The notes under the pieces are model-generated. The model worked only from the letters and a program-made list of their open reading frames with translations. It did not search any database and was not told the origin of the DNA. From Deltaproteobacteria bacterium (GTDB lineage Bacteria > Desulfobacterota > Desulfomonilia > UBA1062), in the NCBI GenBank assembly GCA_018433085.1, contig JAHDRW010000028.1, forward strand, positions 4,804 through 68,803: a stretch of 64,000 nucleotides of DNA, written 5' to 3'. How positions within the stretch are numbered: position 1 is the stretch's first letter; each line of letters starts with the position of its first letter. This document shows, piece by piece, positions 9,368 through 19,202 of the stretch. Both the position numbers and the translations under genes were made by a program.

Positions 9368-10362
9368 TCAGATCGTCTTTGCGAGCTGGAGAATCTGAAG
9401 CGGCAGATCGATGCCGAGCTTCTTGGACGCATCCAGGTCGACGATGATATTCAGGTTCTCCTGCCGGGCAATGGGAACGTCCTCGGGCTTGAGCTTGTCA
9501 TTCAGGATCCGTGCAGCCTGATCCGAGGTCAGGTCGCCGATGTCGCGGAAGTCGGGGGCGATGTACAGGAGGGACCCCTTGATCTCCCCGGTTATGGACG
9601 AAACGCAGGGAACCTTGCTTTCATGAGATATCCTGCCTAGGTCGATGGCCTCCCTGAAGTTTCTCAACCCGTAGTACTTATCGATCGGGATAAAGAAGGC
9701 ATCGATCTTCTGCGCGAGCATTTCCTCGATTGCCGGGACAATGGAATCGCCCATGCCCACCTGCTTCGATATCACCTGGACGCCCAGCTGAGGGGCCTTG
9801 GCTGCGGTTTCTTCGGTATAGGCGACGGCGTTTTCGTCATCGCTGTGGATGATTCCGATCTTCTTCATGTTCGGAAGCGCCAGCTGGGAGATGCGGATCA
9901 CGTCGAGCGGATCCATGTAGATGGTCACCCCTGTCATGCCCTTGCCGGGTTTGGTTTTCGACGGACAGCCCACCAGCTCCGGTATGGCTACGCCGGTGAA
10001 CACCAGGGGAATGCCTGCCTTGAGGAACCTGTCCTTCGCATACTTGGTGGCCGGGGTCCCCACCGTAATGACCACATCGGGCTTGCGCGAGACGATGTCA
10101 CCGGCGGATCCCTTGATCTTTATGAGGATCTTGACCTTCTCCCACAGTCCTGCCTCGGCGTCGGCATCGATGACGGTGCGTCTGATGGTAAGGTTCTTTC
10201 CCTCCACGAGCCCGTGTTTTTCAAAACCCTTGACCGTGCCCTGGTAGAGATGGTCGAAGGCGAGCAGGTTTCCTACCTGGAGAACCTCCACCGAGTAGGC
10301 CTCCGCCCGGCACGGACCGAACATGATGAGCAGGGAAAACAGACAGAAAAGCATCCTTTTCA
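9368..10362 (-). CDS. ABC-type uncharacterised transport system substrate-binding protein (PF04392-like), orphan
   Basis: Signal peptide. GIIHSDDENAV...FIPIDKYYG pattern typical of PF04392. No cognate permease or ATPase adjacent. RBS GGAGG. Confidence 0.6.
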
Positions 10363-10529
10363 TAACCATCCTCCTAAAATACCGTGTATCCCCGATTGGT
10401 ACGAGGTAGATATCTTCCCATTCATCGGTAATCAGAGAAAATTTCTTGAAACGCCGACAAGGCAGTGATGGGGTGAACGGAACCGGCGCGGAGTCGCTCT
10501 TCATCGAAAAGACCAGCCCCGCGCTTCGA

Positions 10530-10853
10530 TCAGCTGCTCAGGTCCTTTTTCATCTCCTCGAATTCCGCCTTGGAGATCTCTCCCCTGGCATAGCGTTTCT
10601 TCGCGATGTCCAGAGGGGTTTCCCTTCCGGACTCATACGGAGCCGCAGGCCCTCTGGTGCTCCTGACGAAGAGATAGACCAGAAGCAGGATGAGAAGAAA
10701 GATGATGATCCACATGATCGCACCTCCGTACCACGAGTCCATCATGTGCCAGCCATGGTGGTCGTAATACCCCTGGGCCATGGCGGCGGTCGAAAACGTG
10801 AGCGTGAAGAGAGAAGCGAACCACAAGGCCGTGCCGGAATATGTCTTTTTCAC
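10530..10853 (-). CDS. SHOCT-domain membrane protein with His/Trp-rich periplasmic segment
   Basis: C-terminal LDIAKKRYARGEISKAEFEEMKKDL is a SHOCT motif. Signal peptide, GYYDHHGWHMMDSWYGG and one TM. GTG start with AGGAGG RBS. Confidence 0.6.
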   Translation of the reverse strand: MKKTYSGTALWFASLFTLTFSTAAMAQGYYDHHGWHMMDSWYGGAIMWIIIFLLILLLVYLFVRSTRGPAAPYESGRETPLDIAKKRYARGEISKAEFEEMKKDLSS

Positions 10854-10986
10854 ATGAACCTCCTTTCTTCTTCCGGCCTTTTCCGATGATCCCGATGCCG
10901 GTGGAATGGCGGGAAGAATCACGAGCTTCGGAAGGCCTTGGGAGTCGCCCGGAGCCCTTTTTTATTGTGAAATCATACACAGATTG

Positions 10987-11008
10987 GTAGTGCCGGGGCC
11001 TGGGAAAA
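10987..11008. repeat. Short GC-rich intergenic repeat element, copy 1 (TGGTAGTGCCGGGGCCTGGG)
   Basis: Near-identical copies at 11049..11069 and 35964..35985. Confidence 0.5.
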
Positions 11009-11048
11009 TCAACCACCGGCCTTGCCGCGTCAGAATGGCAGATCTCTC

Positions 11049-11069
11049 TTTGTGTGGTGCCGGGGCCGG
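11049..11069. repeat. Short GC-rich intergenic repeat element, copy 2 (TTGTGTGGTGCCGGGGCCGGG)
   Basis: Direct repeat of copy 1 about 60 nt away, and 20/21 identical to 35964..35985. Confidence 0.5.
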
Positions 11070-11118
11070 GGAGCGGGGAGGTTCAGAAAGGGAAAGAAAA
11101 GGGTGTATCGGTTCGGGA

Positions 11119-11630
11119 CTACAGGGTCCCGTCGAGCATATCGGCCACCGGTGCCTTGCAGGCCCGGCAGCGCTGAGCCCCCCTGAAGAGCGGCTCCCCG
11201 CAGAAAGGGCAGTGATAGCGATCACACTCCGAGCGAGCCCAGTCCACGCTGCCCTTATCGTCTCCGAGCTCTGCGGTCTTCTGCCGCCAGATGGGTATCG
11301 TGCGCTTCATTACCCTGATGCCCGTGGCGATGCCGAAGTTTTCTATCAGGCTGCACGGCCAATCGCCGCACTGATGGCAGGAGTAGAATCCCCTGGACCT
11401 CACGCAGTCACGGATGGGGCAGAGCCTGCAGACCCCGTAGAGCATCCTGGGAGGGTCGGGCTGCATGCACCCGAGACATGCGGTCTCCTCCGGCCTGGTG
11501 CCGTATAGCCTGCCCATCACGGTCCTGAACTTCTCGTTGTTGTCGCGCGTGGCGATATATACGCCGCAGGCGCCGCAGTACAAACCGCAGGGCGCCATCA
11601 GCTCCCTGTTCCGAAACTCCTCTTCACTCC
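11119..11630 (-). CDS. DUF3795-like cysteine-rich protein
   Basis: MAPCGLYCGACGVY and multiple CxxC pairs, as in DUF3795. RBS AGGAGAAGGGG. Confidence 0.55.
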
Positions 11631-11795
11631 ATCCCTTCATGGCATCCCCTTCTCCTGTCCGGATAAAGCCACGGGTTCCCCGGACGGGAAAGCCGGCAAT
11701 TTCGCGCACATGGTTCACGAGCCGGTATGTATGGGAATATACCTGAATTTATGGGAAAATCCGAGCAGAAATCGCGTCCCCTCGGAAAAGGGCAA

Positions 11796-11871
11796 AAAAA
11801 TAGCCAGAAGAAAATTTGGAGTTAGAGCATAGAAAAGGAAGGCTATGCCCCTTCTTCTGGCTAAAAAAAGG
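11796..11871 (-). terminator. Putative terminator of the histidine kinase gene (12-bp inverted repeat flanked by T-runs on the minus strand)
   Basis: TAGCCAGAAGAA...(38 nt)...TTCTTCTGGCTA, with A-runs on both sides of the + strand. Confidence 0.4.
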
Positions 11872-12081
11872 AGGTTTCTCTTACAGAGAGTGATCTTTTA
11901 CTAATCTATCACGAAATAATAGTGTATAGGTCATGAGCTGAAAGGTGTGTAATCTCTTGAGGGGCCGGAGGTGTAAGACTGAGACCTACAGGGGGGAGGA
12001 TGAATACCTGCTTGATAAGTTTATGAAATAACAAGGCAATGTTGCCTTCCGCCGGTCGGAGGGGGCCCGGCGCCCACCTCC

Positions 12082-15081
12082 TTATCTTCTGCTCGCCAGT
12101 ACCTGTTTTACGATCTCGCCGAGATTCTTTATGCTGTAGGGCTTCCTGATATATTTCTCCACGCCCAGGCGGATGGCCTCTTCCACCCGGATGTTCTCCG
12201 CATATCCGCTTGCAATGACCGCCTTCTGCCCGGGATGGTCCTGAATGATCCGGCGATAGGTTTCCAGTCCGTCCATGCCCGGGTCCATGATCATGTCCAG
12301 AAGCACCAGGTCCGCGGGGTTGCTTTTCAGGTATGCGACTGCCTCTTCCCCGCTGGCCGCGGTGACCACCAGGTAGTTCAGGCTTTTCAGTATCTCCGAC
12401 GCGATCTTTCTCTGCTGCTCGATATCATCCACCACGAGAATGGTTTCTCCGCTTCCCATGAGATCGCTCACTGGCGGGAGTTCACCGGTCTCCCCCCCGG
12501 CGGCATCCCTCGCGCTCGGAAAATAAAGTTCGAAGCAGGTTCCCCTGCCCACTTCGCTCTGGACGGTGATGTATCCACCATGATCATGGACCGTGCTCCA
12601 CACCACGGTCATACCAAGGCCGGTACCCTTTCTCTGGAGGTTTTTCTTGGTGTAGAACGGTTCGAAAATTTTCCTGATATCTTCCGGCAGAATGCCGATT
12701 CCGTTGTCGCTGACCTTTAAAACCACATAGCTGCCCTTGCAGATCGTATCATAGCCGGGCAGGGGCGAACCCACAAAACGGTTCTGTGTGGTTATGGTGA
12801 TCCAGCCTCCTTCGGGCTGCGCCTCCACGGCATTGATGAAGAGATTCGTGAGGGACTTTCTCAGATGGGCGAGGGAACCCCTCACGGGATGGAGGTCAGG
12901 GTCGAGCTCCGTCTTCACCCGGATGGCCGATCCTGCATTCTTCAGCCGCAGGCATTCCTGGGATTCGAGAAAATCGAGAACCACGTCCTTGTTCACATTC
13001 ACCAGAGACATGCCGGGCAGGTCCTGGCGGGCCAGGGTCAGGAGGTCCTCTACAATGGCGGCGGCCTTCAGGCCGGAATCTCTCATGAGCTGGATAGGCT
13101 CTCTCATGGGACTGTCCCCGGGCAGGCCGAGCAGGATCAGCTCAGGGTAGGTGACGATGCCCGACAGTACGTTGTTGAGATCGTGGGCAACACGGCCTGC
13201 CAGCATTCCCAGGGTTTCCATCTTTTTCGACCGGTCGAGCCTCTCCGCGAGCTCCTTTTTCTCCGCATCGGCGCGTTTCCGGGACGCGGTTTCACGCAGG
13301 AGCTGCTCGCTGCTTTGCATCAGCTCCTGCGAACGTTTTTCCACCATGTCCTCCAGGCGCTGGTTCATCCGCTCCAGGGCCTCCCGCGCCTCTTTTGCCT
13401 CGGTGATGTCGCGGATGAAAAACAGCACCGCCTCAGAGTTTTCCCAGGAGACCGGAAACCTGCTGGTCTCGATCCACCGGGTGGTGCCGTCCTTTCGTAT
13501 CAGCCTGCGCTGATCACCCTTCTTGCCCGAGGTGTCCGGCACCTGTCCGTGCAGGATGCCCAAGGACTTTCTGTCATCGGGATGGATGAAGCCCAGCGCA
13601 GGTCCGGGAACCAGCTCTTCCTCAGAGAAGCCGCTTATCTCCAGGATTTGGGGGTTTGCGTAGATGCAGGTTCCATGCCGTATCACCACTACGCCTTCGC
13701 TTGCATTCTCGACCAGAAGGCGATAATTCTGCTCGTACTGCCGGAGCCTGCGAAACAATCGGGACTGGTGCACGATCACGGCGATCTGCTGGGCAATCCC
13801 GGTGATCAGGTCCACGTCGCTCCGATTCAGGTCGCGCCGCGATACGGCAGGGTCGATGATCAGGAAGCCGGTTGGCTCGTGCCGGAAAACGATGGGTGCC
13901 ACGATGAACGACGAGATGCCTGTCTGCTCGGCGACCGGACCGAGGAGCTCACCGAGACCATCGGGAATATACCCCTCAGTGTCCGCGATAAAGGGCGTTG
14001 TCTGGGGGAACACGGTTTTCACCGTACGAAACAATCTTCTTCTCAGGCTGTCCTCTGCCTGGGGGCTTATACCGTACCCCTTGACAAGGTCGATCCGCCC
14101 CGGGTTTTTCTCGCTGACGAGCAGGATCATCGCCCGGTCGATGTCCATGTGCTCTTTCAGGCCCTCGAGGATCGAATCGAGGAGCTCCTCGGTGACGTAG
14201 GCCGAGGAGACCGCCGTGCCGATCTCCTGGATCAGGGCGGCGTTATCGTGCTTGCTGTCGACTTCCCTGAGAAACAGGTCGGCGGTCTCGGCCTGGTGCC
14301 GAATCTGTCTGTCCTGATCACGGTTCTCCAGATGTTCCTTGAACAGGCTGAAGCCCAGGAACAGCGCGAGCAGGGTCAGGCTCAGCTCCAGCCAGGAGTG
14401 ATATGGGAGAACGAAGAACGAGGAGGGAACAAGGGCGAGGATTGCCGCGAGGCCGTATGAGCGCACCATGTTGAGAAAATATTTGGGGCCATGGTCCCAG
14501 GATACGATATATCTGCAGCGCGAATCCCCCTGGTGTACACACTCGGGATGCTCTACCCGGGCATATTTGCCGGTAAACGGTTTTCCGAGGCCCTCGATAA
14601 AGCCCATGCGGTTTTTGCACTGGCGGGGTTTGTCTTTCACTCCCTCCCTGGGTGTGCACACGATCTCCACCTTGTTTTTTTCCAGCTTCCTTGTGGTGAT
14701 GGTTACCCCCCGGTTCAGTTTTGATGTGATGATTGCCGCACCCTTGTAAGCAGCGCACGGGGTAAGGAATCCGAGGAAAAACTGGCGAAAGGAGGTAAAC
14801 GAGTCTCCGTTTGCCACCATGCGGCCCGATTCTCGGGGGATGTCCGGGTTACCGGTCATCTCGATGCAGATATCACCGAATCTGTCTGCCTGTTCCTGGG
14901 TGAACCAGTATCCCGGGTCCTTGAAGTCGAGCGGCGAGATGCCGGCATACTCGAGGATGGAGTTGATGTCCACTTCCGGATGATGCTTCCGGATATACTC
15001 GATATAGCCCCAGGTGATCCTGATGTTGTACAAACGGGGCTCGTGCGCACTGGCGGCGCGACTCGTGTCAAGGGTATCCAT
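12082..15081 (-). CDS. Hybrid sensor histidine kinase/response regulator with N-terminal XylR-N/V4R-like sensor, TM, GAF, PAS, HisKA, HATPase and C-terminal REC
   Basis: V4R-like Cys pattern PRQCKNRMGFIEGLGKPFTGKYARVEHPECVHQGDSRCRY. H-box RVAHDLNN. N/G-boxes DNGIGI and GTGLGM. C-terminal ILVVDDIE...LLDMIMDPGMDG receiver. 999 aa. Confidence 0.8.
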   Translation of the reverse strand: MDTLDTSRAASAHEPRLYNIRITWGYIEYIRKHHPEVDINSILEYAGISPLDFKDPGYWFTQEQADRFGDICIEMTGNPDIPRESGRMVANGDSFTSFRQFFLGFLTPCAAYKGAAIITSKLNRGVTITTRKLEKNKVEIVCTPREGVKDKPRQCKNRMGFIEGLGKPFTGKYARVEHPECVHQGDSRCRYIVSWDHGPKYFLNMVRSYGLAAILALVPSSFFVLPYHSWLELSLTLLALFLGFSLFKEHLENRDQDRQIRHQAETADLFLREVDSKHDNAALIQEIGTAVSSAYVTEELLDSILEGLKEHMDIDRAMILLVSEKNPGRIDLVKGYGISPQAEDSLRRRLFRTVKTVFPQTTPFIADTEGYIPDGLGELLGPVAEQTGISSFIVAPIVFRHEPTGFLIIDPAVSRRDLNRSDVDLITGIAQQIAVIVHQSRLFRRLRQYEQNYRLLVENASEGVVVIRHGTCIYANPQILEISGFSEEELVPGPALGFIHPDDRKSLGILHGQVPDTSGKKGDQRRLIRKDGTTRWIETSRFPVSWENSEAVLFFIRDITEAKEAREALERMNQRLEDMVEKRSQELMQSSEQLLRETASRKRADAEKKELAERLDRSKKMETLGMLAGRVAHDLNNVLSGIVTYPELILLGLPGDSPMREPIQLMRDSGLKAAAIVEDLLTLARQDLPGMSLVNVNKDVVLDFLESQECLRLKNAGSAIRVKTELDPDLHPVRGSLAHLRKSLTNLFINAVEAQPEGGWITITTQNRFVGSPLPGYDTICKGSYVVLKVSDNGIGILPEDIRKIFEPFYTKKNLQRKGTGLGMTVVWSTVHDHGGYITVQSEVGRGTCFELYFPSARDAAGGETGELPPVSDLMGSGETILVVDDIEQQRKIASEILKSLNYLVVTAASGEEAVAYLKSNPADLVLLDMIMDPGMDGLETYRRIIQDHPGQKAVIASGYAENIRVEEAIRLGVEKYIRKPYSIKNLGEIVKQVLASRR

Positions 15082-15243
15082 AAAAACACACTCCTCGGAA
15101 AGATATCAAGGTTCACGTGATTTCAATATGATAAGGAATTAAGCAGAAAACAATTATAATTTCAAGTCAAAGATACCCCCGGAAAAACGGCTGCCCAACG
15201 AGGGGGCGGAGCGCTTCCGCACGCCTGATGTACTGTATCGCCG

Positions 15244-15522
15244 TCAGCTGCCGGTATCCGGGGCATCGCCGGAGCCTTCCGGGGACGTCCCGGCCGATAC
15301 CTCGATGATCCGCACCTTTGCCGTCCTGTTCAGCGCCCATCTGAAAAATGGGAGGATCACCCCGTTCGGTCTGGAGATGTCCTCTATGACGAAGAGGGCG
15401 ACCGGCACGGCGAGGCCCCAGATGCCTCTGCCAGGGGTCCTCTTCCCGAGCCGCGACAGACCGCCTCCCAGAATGCCTCTTGCGATCCCGCTCAATGGTC
15501 CGGTGGTGAATATGCTTCTCAT
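15244..15522 (-). CDS. Small hypothetical protein (92 aa)
   Basis: ORF with consensus RBS AAGGAG 7 nt upstream of ATG 15522. Sits between divergent kinase and TPR genes. No recognisable family. Confidence 0.35.
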   Translation of the reverse strand: MRSIFTTGPLSGIARGILGGGLSRLGKRTPGRGIWGLAVPVALFVIEDISRPNGVILPFFRWALNRTAKVRIIEVSAGTSPEGSGDAPDTGS

Positions 15523-15769
15523 GTATGTGCTCCTTGATGCGCGTCAACGGATAATATCAGATAAATCTCCGCGTGGAAAGCGCGCCCCTGGAAGAGGATG
15601 CGCCGTCCGTGATCCGGATGCAGAAAAAGTCTGTACAGGCACGGAATCCGGGTGTATTATCTATATTTATGACGTGAACGGCTTCCCGGTTCGGCCGGGT
15701 GTGTTCTGCCGGGTTCGGAGGGGTTGATCGCCCCCCAGATGAGAAGAAAACACGAACAGGAGGTGGGGT

Positions 15770-16498
15770 ATGAGAAAGGTTCTTTTGTCGGCGGTGGTCC
15801 TGATCGCCATGGTTCTGCCGGTGAGCGCCGTCGCGCAGGACGGGCTTGATGAGGCAAGGATTCTCCTGGAGAAGGATCACGATCTCGATGCGTTCCAGAA
15901 GGCCATCGATCTGTGCATGGCCGCTGCGGACAGTCAGCCGGAGAGCTTCGAGGCGAACTGGATGGCGGCCAAGGCCTACCGGCTGTACGCCGATGAGGTG
16001 AAGCAGCGGCAGCTGGCCGGCTGGCAGGACGTGTGCCGGGAGTACGGTAAAAAGGGTATGGGGTATGGAGAAAAGGCCATTGCCCTGGCACCTGAAAAGG
16101 TGGACGGCCATTTCTGGTACGGCACCTGCGTGGGCTCCTACTCGGACGGGGTGAGCATCTTCACCGCCCTGAAGGAAGGGCTCAAGGACAAGACCCAGAC
16201 CAGCTTGGAGACTGCGTACGAGATCGACAAGCAGTATTATGAGGCAGGCCCCATTCTCGCCATTGGCAGGTTCTGGTCGGTGCTTCCCTGGCCTCTGAAA
16301 GACAAGAAGAAGGCGCTGGCCTATATCGAGGAGTACCACCCCTACTATCCCGACAAGCCCGAGGGGCTCGTGTATCTCGGCGAGGCCTATCTCGACATGA
16401 AGGAAAAGGACAAGGCCAAGGCGGTCCTTCAGAAGGCTGCCGCTTCCGACGAGGAATATTACAGCGACTGGGCGAAGAGGCTCTTGGCAGATATGTAG
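15770..16498 (+). CDS. Secreted TPR-like repeat protein
   Basis: Signal peptide MRKVLLSAVVLIAMVLPVSAVA. Helical repeat-like composition. Confidence 0.55.
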   Translation: MRKVLLSAVVLIAMVLPVSAVAQDGLDEARILLEKDHDLDAFQKAIDLCMAAADSQPESFEANWMAAKAYRLYADEVKQRQLAGWQDVCREYGKKGMGYGEKAIALAPEKVDGHFWYGTCVGSYSDGVSIFTALKEGLKDKTQTSLETAYEIDKQYYEAGPILAIGRFWSVLPWPLKDKKKALAYIEEYHPYYPDKPEGLVYLGEAYLDMKEKDKAKAVLQKAAASDEEYYSDWAKRLLADM

Positions 16499-16533
16499 CG
16501 CCGGTACCGGAAGTTGTTGCCTGCAGAAGAATA

Positions 16534-16562
16534 GGCGCCCATGGCATGGGGCGCCTTTTTTC
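16534..16562 (+). terminator. Rho-independent terminator
   Basis: GGCGCCC-atggcatg-GGGCGCC followed by TTTTTTCT. Confidence 0.7.
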
Positions 16563-16661
16563 TGTCGCCTTTCCCGGCAGGAACGCGCAGGGTCCGGTCC
16601 GGAGACCCCGGCGTATTCTTCGGTCGCTGCGCTTCAAGGAAAATGCACTGGATGGGAAGAG

Positions 16662-17300
16662 CTACCTCCGGTACTTTCTGATCAGGCCGGCCAGGCCGGC
16701 CATGCCGGTGCCCAGAATCAGCAGTGTGGATGGCTCGGGCACCGGCTCGCTCCATTCATACTCGATATTGTCGATGCACAGGGTATGGGGGAAGTCCTCC
16801 AGGAAGCTCTCCACGGGAACGCCGTCCCCTGCCCACAGGGCGAAGAGGTTGATGTTCTGGAATCCGATCGGATAGCGGGTGAGCTGAAAGGCATCGTCGA
16901 CCAGGAAGGATTCCAGGTACTGTACGCGGTTGCCGGAGAGCCCGGCAGCGTACACCTCCTGGTCCTGAAAGAAGTACGAGCCGACACAAAGAGCCGTGAC
17001 GGTGAACGGCCGTACCTGGTTTGTCATGGACAGCTCGTCGGCGTACAGGTAGGTAAAACCGGTACCTTCCATCCACAGAAACGCCTCTGCCGTGGCACAG
17101 GAGGGTTTTCCCCCGAAGGGGTCCCCTGCCTTGTCCACAGACCAGGCGAAACCCGAGTAGCCGTCCGGAACGGGCTGCGTGTTTTCCAGGAACAGATCGG
17201 TCCCCGAAAGATATCGGGTGAGATCTTCAAAGTCGATGACCCCGGCAAAAGAACTGTTTGCAATCAGCAGGATCAAACCAATAAAAAACACCGTGCGCAT
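16662..17300 (-). CDS. PEP-CTERM sorting-domain secreted protein
   Basis: Signal peptide. C-terminus VPEPSTLLILGTGMAGLAGLIRKYRR is a canonical PEP-CTERM (PEP motif, TM, basic tail). RBS AAAGGAGG. Confidence 0.75.
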   Translation of the reverse strand: MRTVFFIGLILLIANSSFAGVIDFEDLTRYLSGTDLFLENTQPVPDGYSGFAWSVDKAGDPFGGKPSCATAEAFLWMEGTGFTYLYADELSMTNQVRPFTVTALCVGSYFFQDQEVYAAGLSGNRVQYLESFLVDDAFQLTRYPIGFQNINLFALWAGDGVPVESFLEDFPHTLCIDNIEYEWSEPVPEPSTLLILGTGMAGLAGLIRKYRR

Positions 17301-17948
17301 GAGAACCTCCTTTGGTAGGTAAGATATTTCTCCGGTCACCACAGGGAGAAAGAGCGGCGCATGTGACTTTTCCATACATGGCTGAACAACCTTTTATGCA
17401 TCTAGTAAGGGTAACCTGTTTTTCACAACCGCGATCGAATACGAGCGCACGTTTTCGTGCAGCTCATTTACGAAAGCTCTCGAGCTATGGCCATATTTCT
17501 CGGAAATGGGGAGATCCCGGTGTCAACGCTGTTTTTCAGGGGATGCAGGCGTTCCCGGAAGATCGCTGACGCATCCCTTGCCAATCCATAGCATCACTCA
17601 GTAAATAGGATATTCACCCCCGGATGAAAAACAATGCCCTTTTCCCCTGTTCAGTCCTCAAGCAGCAGGAAAACGGGTGATTTGCCCTATCCTGATGTAG
17701 CGGGTGCAAACAGGGGGCTCTCGCACCATGTTCATGCTCGGGTAATATGTCTGTAAGGCATCGAATACATGATGAGTATCACATCACAGCTTACAGAGGG
17801 GCCGAACGTTCAGGAAAAAGCTCGGAATCCCCATGAACTTCCGGATTGTGGACATGCGGCTCCTGGTATATAATTCTTTGTCAATATCTTCCGGCAGTTC
17901 GCGATCGTCGGCATTTGCTGTTGGGAAACCGCCAGGGGAGGCTATTCA

Positions 17949-19202
17949 ATGTTCAGGTTCATTCATGCGGCGGATATACACCTCGATAGTCCCATGAGGG
18001 GGCTGGCCCGGTACGAGGGCGCCCCTGTCGAAGAGATCCGCGAGGCCTCGAGGAGGGCGCTGGAAAATCTCATCCAGCTCGCATTGCAGGAGGGCGTGAG
18101 CTTCGTGGTGCTCTCGGGCGATGTCTTTGACGGCGACTGGCGGGACTACAATACCGGCCTGTTCTTTGTCAATCAGATGGCGAGGCTGAATCAGGCAGGG
18201 GTGCGGGTTTTTCTGGCCGCCGGAAACCACGATGCCGTAAGCCCGATCTCCCGGAGCCTCCATATGCCGGGCAACGTGCATGTCTTCTCCACCCGAACCT
18301 GTGAGTCCGTGCACATGGAAAAGCTGGGTGTGGTGATCCACGGCAGGGGATTTCCGGGGCGGGCGGTGGAGGAGAACTGGGTTCCGTCGTATCCCGATCC
18401 GGTTCGCGATGCCTTCAATATCGGTGTCCTGCATACCTCTCTGGCAGGCTATGCAGGTCACGACACCTATGCCCCCTGCACCATGGACGCCCTGATCGGC
18501 AAGGGGTACGACTACTGGGCCCTGGGCCATGTACACCACCGGGAGGTTCTGAGCACGTCGCCCCATATCGTGTTTCCCGGGAACATCCAGGGGCGGCACA
18601 TCCGGGAGACAGGTCCCAAGGGCTGCATGCTCGTGAGCGTGGACAACCGGGAGGTAATCGAAGCCGAATTCCGTGAGCTGGACGTGCTGCGCTGGTACAG
18701 TGTGAGCCTTGAGGCGAGGGACTTCAACGAAGACGAGCTCATGGCCGCGTTCCGAGACCGAATCCATGAGGTGATGGCCGATGCCGGCGGCAGGACAGCG
18801 GCGGTGCGCACCGTCATCGATACTGGAGAAAGGATTCACGGCACGTGGATGCAGGATCCCGACAGATGGCGGAACGAGCTCAGGGCCGCCGCCATCGATG
18901 CGGGCAGGGGGGACCTCTGGCTGGAAAAGATCGTTTTTGCCGCAGGCCCAGGCCGGAACAGTGCTCCCGACGGCCTGCTGGGCGAGCTTGTTGACGGCAT
19001 CCACCAGATGGGCGAGGACGAGGCCGCCCATATCCGGATCGGCAGGGCCGCGCTCAGGAAGCTGTTCGAAAAGCTGCCCGCCGAGCTCACCCTGGGCGAG
19101 GACGCCCTGTCGCCCGATGACGAGGAATGGATCGAGCAGGCACTCCGGGAGGGGCTGGATCTTTTCATGGCCCGCATTGCAGGCCCCGGGGGCCGGGGAT
19201 GA
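17949..19202 (+). CDS. Mre11/SbcD-like metallophosphoesterase (YhaO-type DNA repair exonuclease)
   Basis: MFRFIHAADIHLDSP, LSGDVFDG, GNHD, WALGHVHH are calcineurin-like phosphoesterase motifs I-V. 417 aa. Confidence 0.75.
   Translation: MFRFIHAADIHLDSPMRGLARYEGAPVEEIREASRRALENLIQLALQEGVSFVVLSGDVFDGDWRDYNTGLFFVNQMARLNQAGVRVFLAAGNHDAVSPISRSLHMPGNVHVFSTRTCESVHMEKLGVVIHGRGFPGRAVEENWVPSYPDPVRDAFNIGVLHTSLAGYAGHDTYAPCTMDALIGKGYDYWALGHVHHREVLSTSPHIVFPGNIQGRHIRETGPKGCMLVSVDNREVIEAEFRELDVLRWYSVSLEARDFNEDELMAAFRDRIHEVMADAGGRTAAVRTVIDTGERIHGTWMQDPDRWRNELRAAAIDAGRGDLWLEKIVFAAGPGRNSAPDGLLGELVDGIHQMGEDEAAHIRIGRAALRKLFEKLPAELTLGEDALSPDDEEWIEQALREGLDLFMARIAGPGGRG

Noticed and set aside
12865-14460. 531-aa + strand ORF inside the histidine kinase gene
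   Set aside because: Antisense to clearly recognisable GAF/PAS/HisKA domains. Composition-driven open frame.
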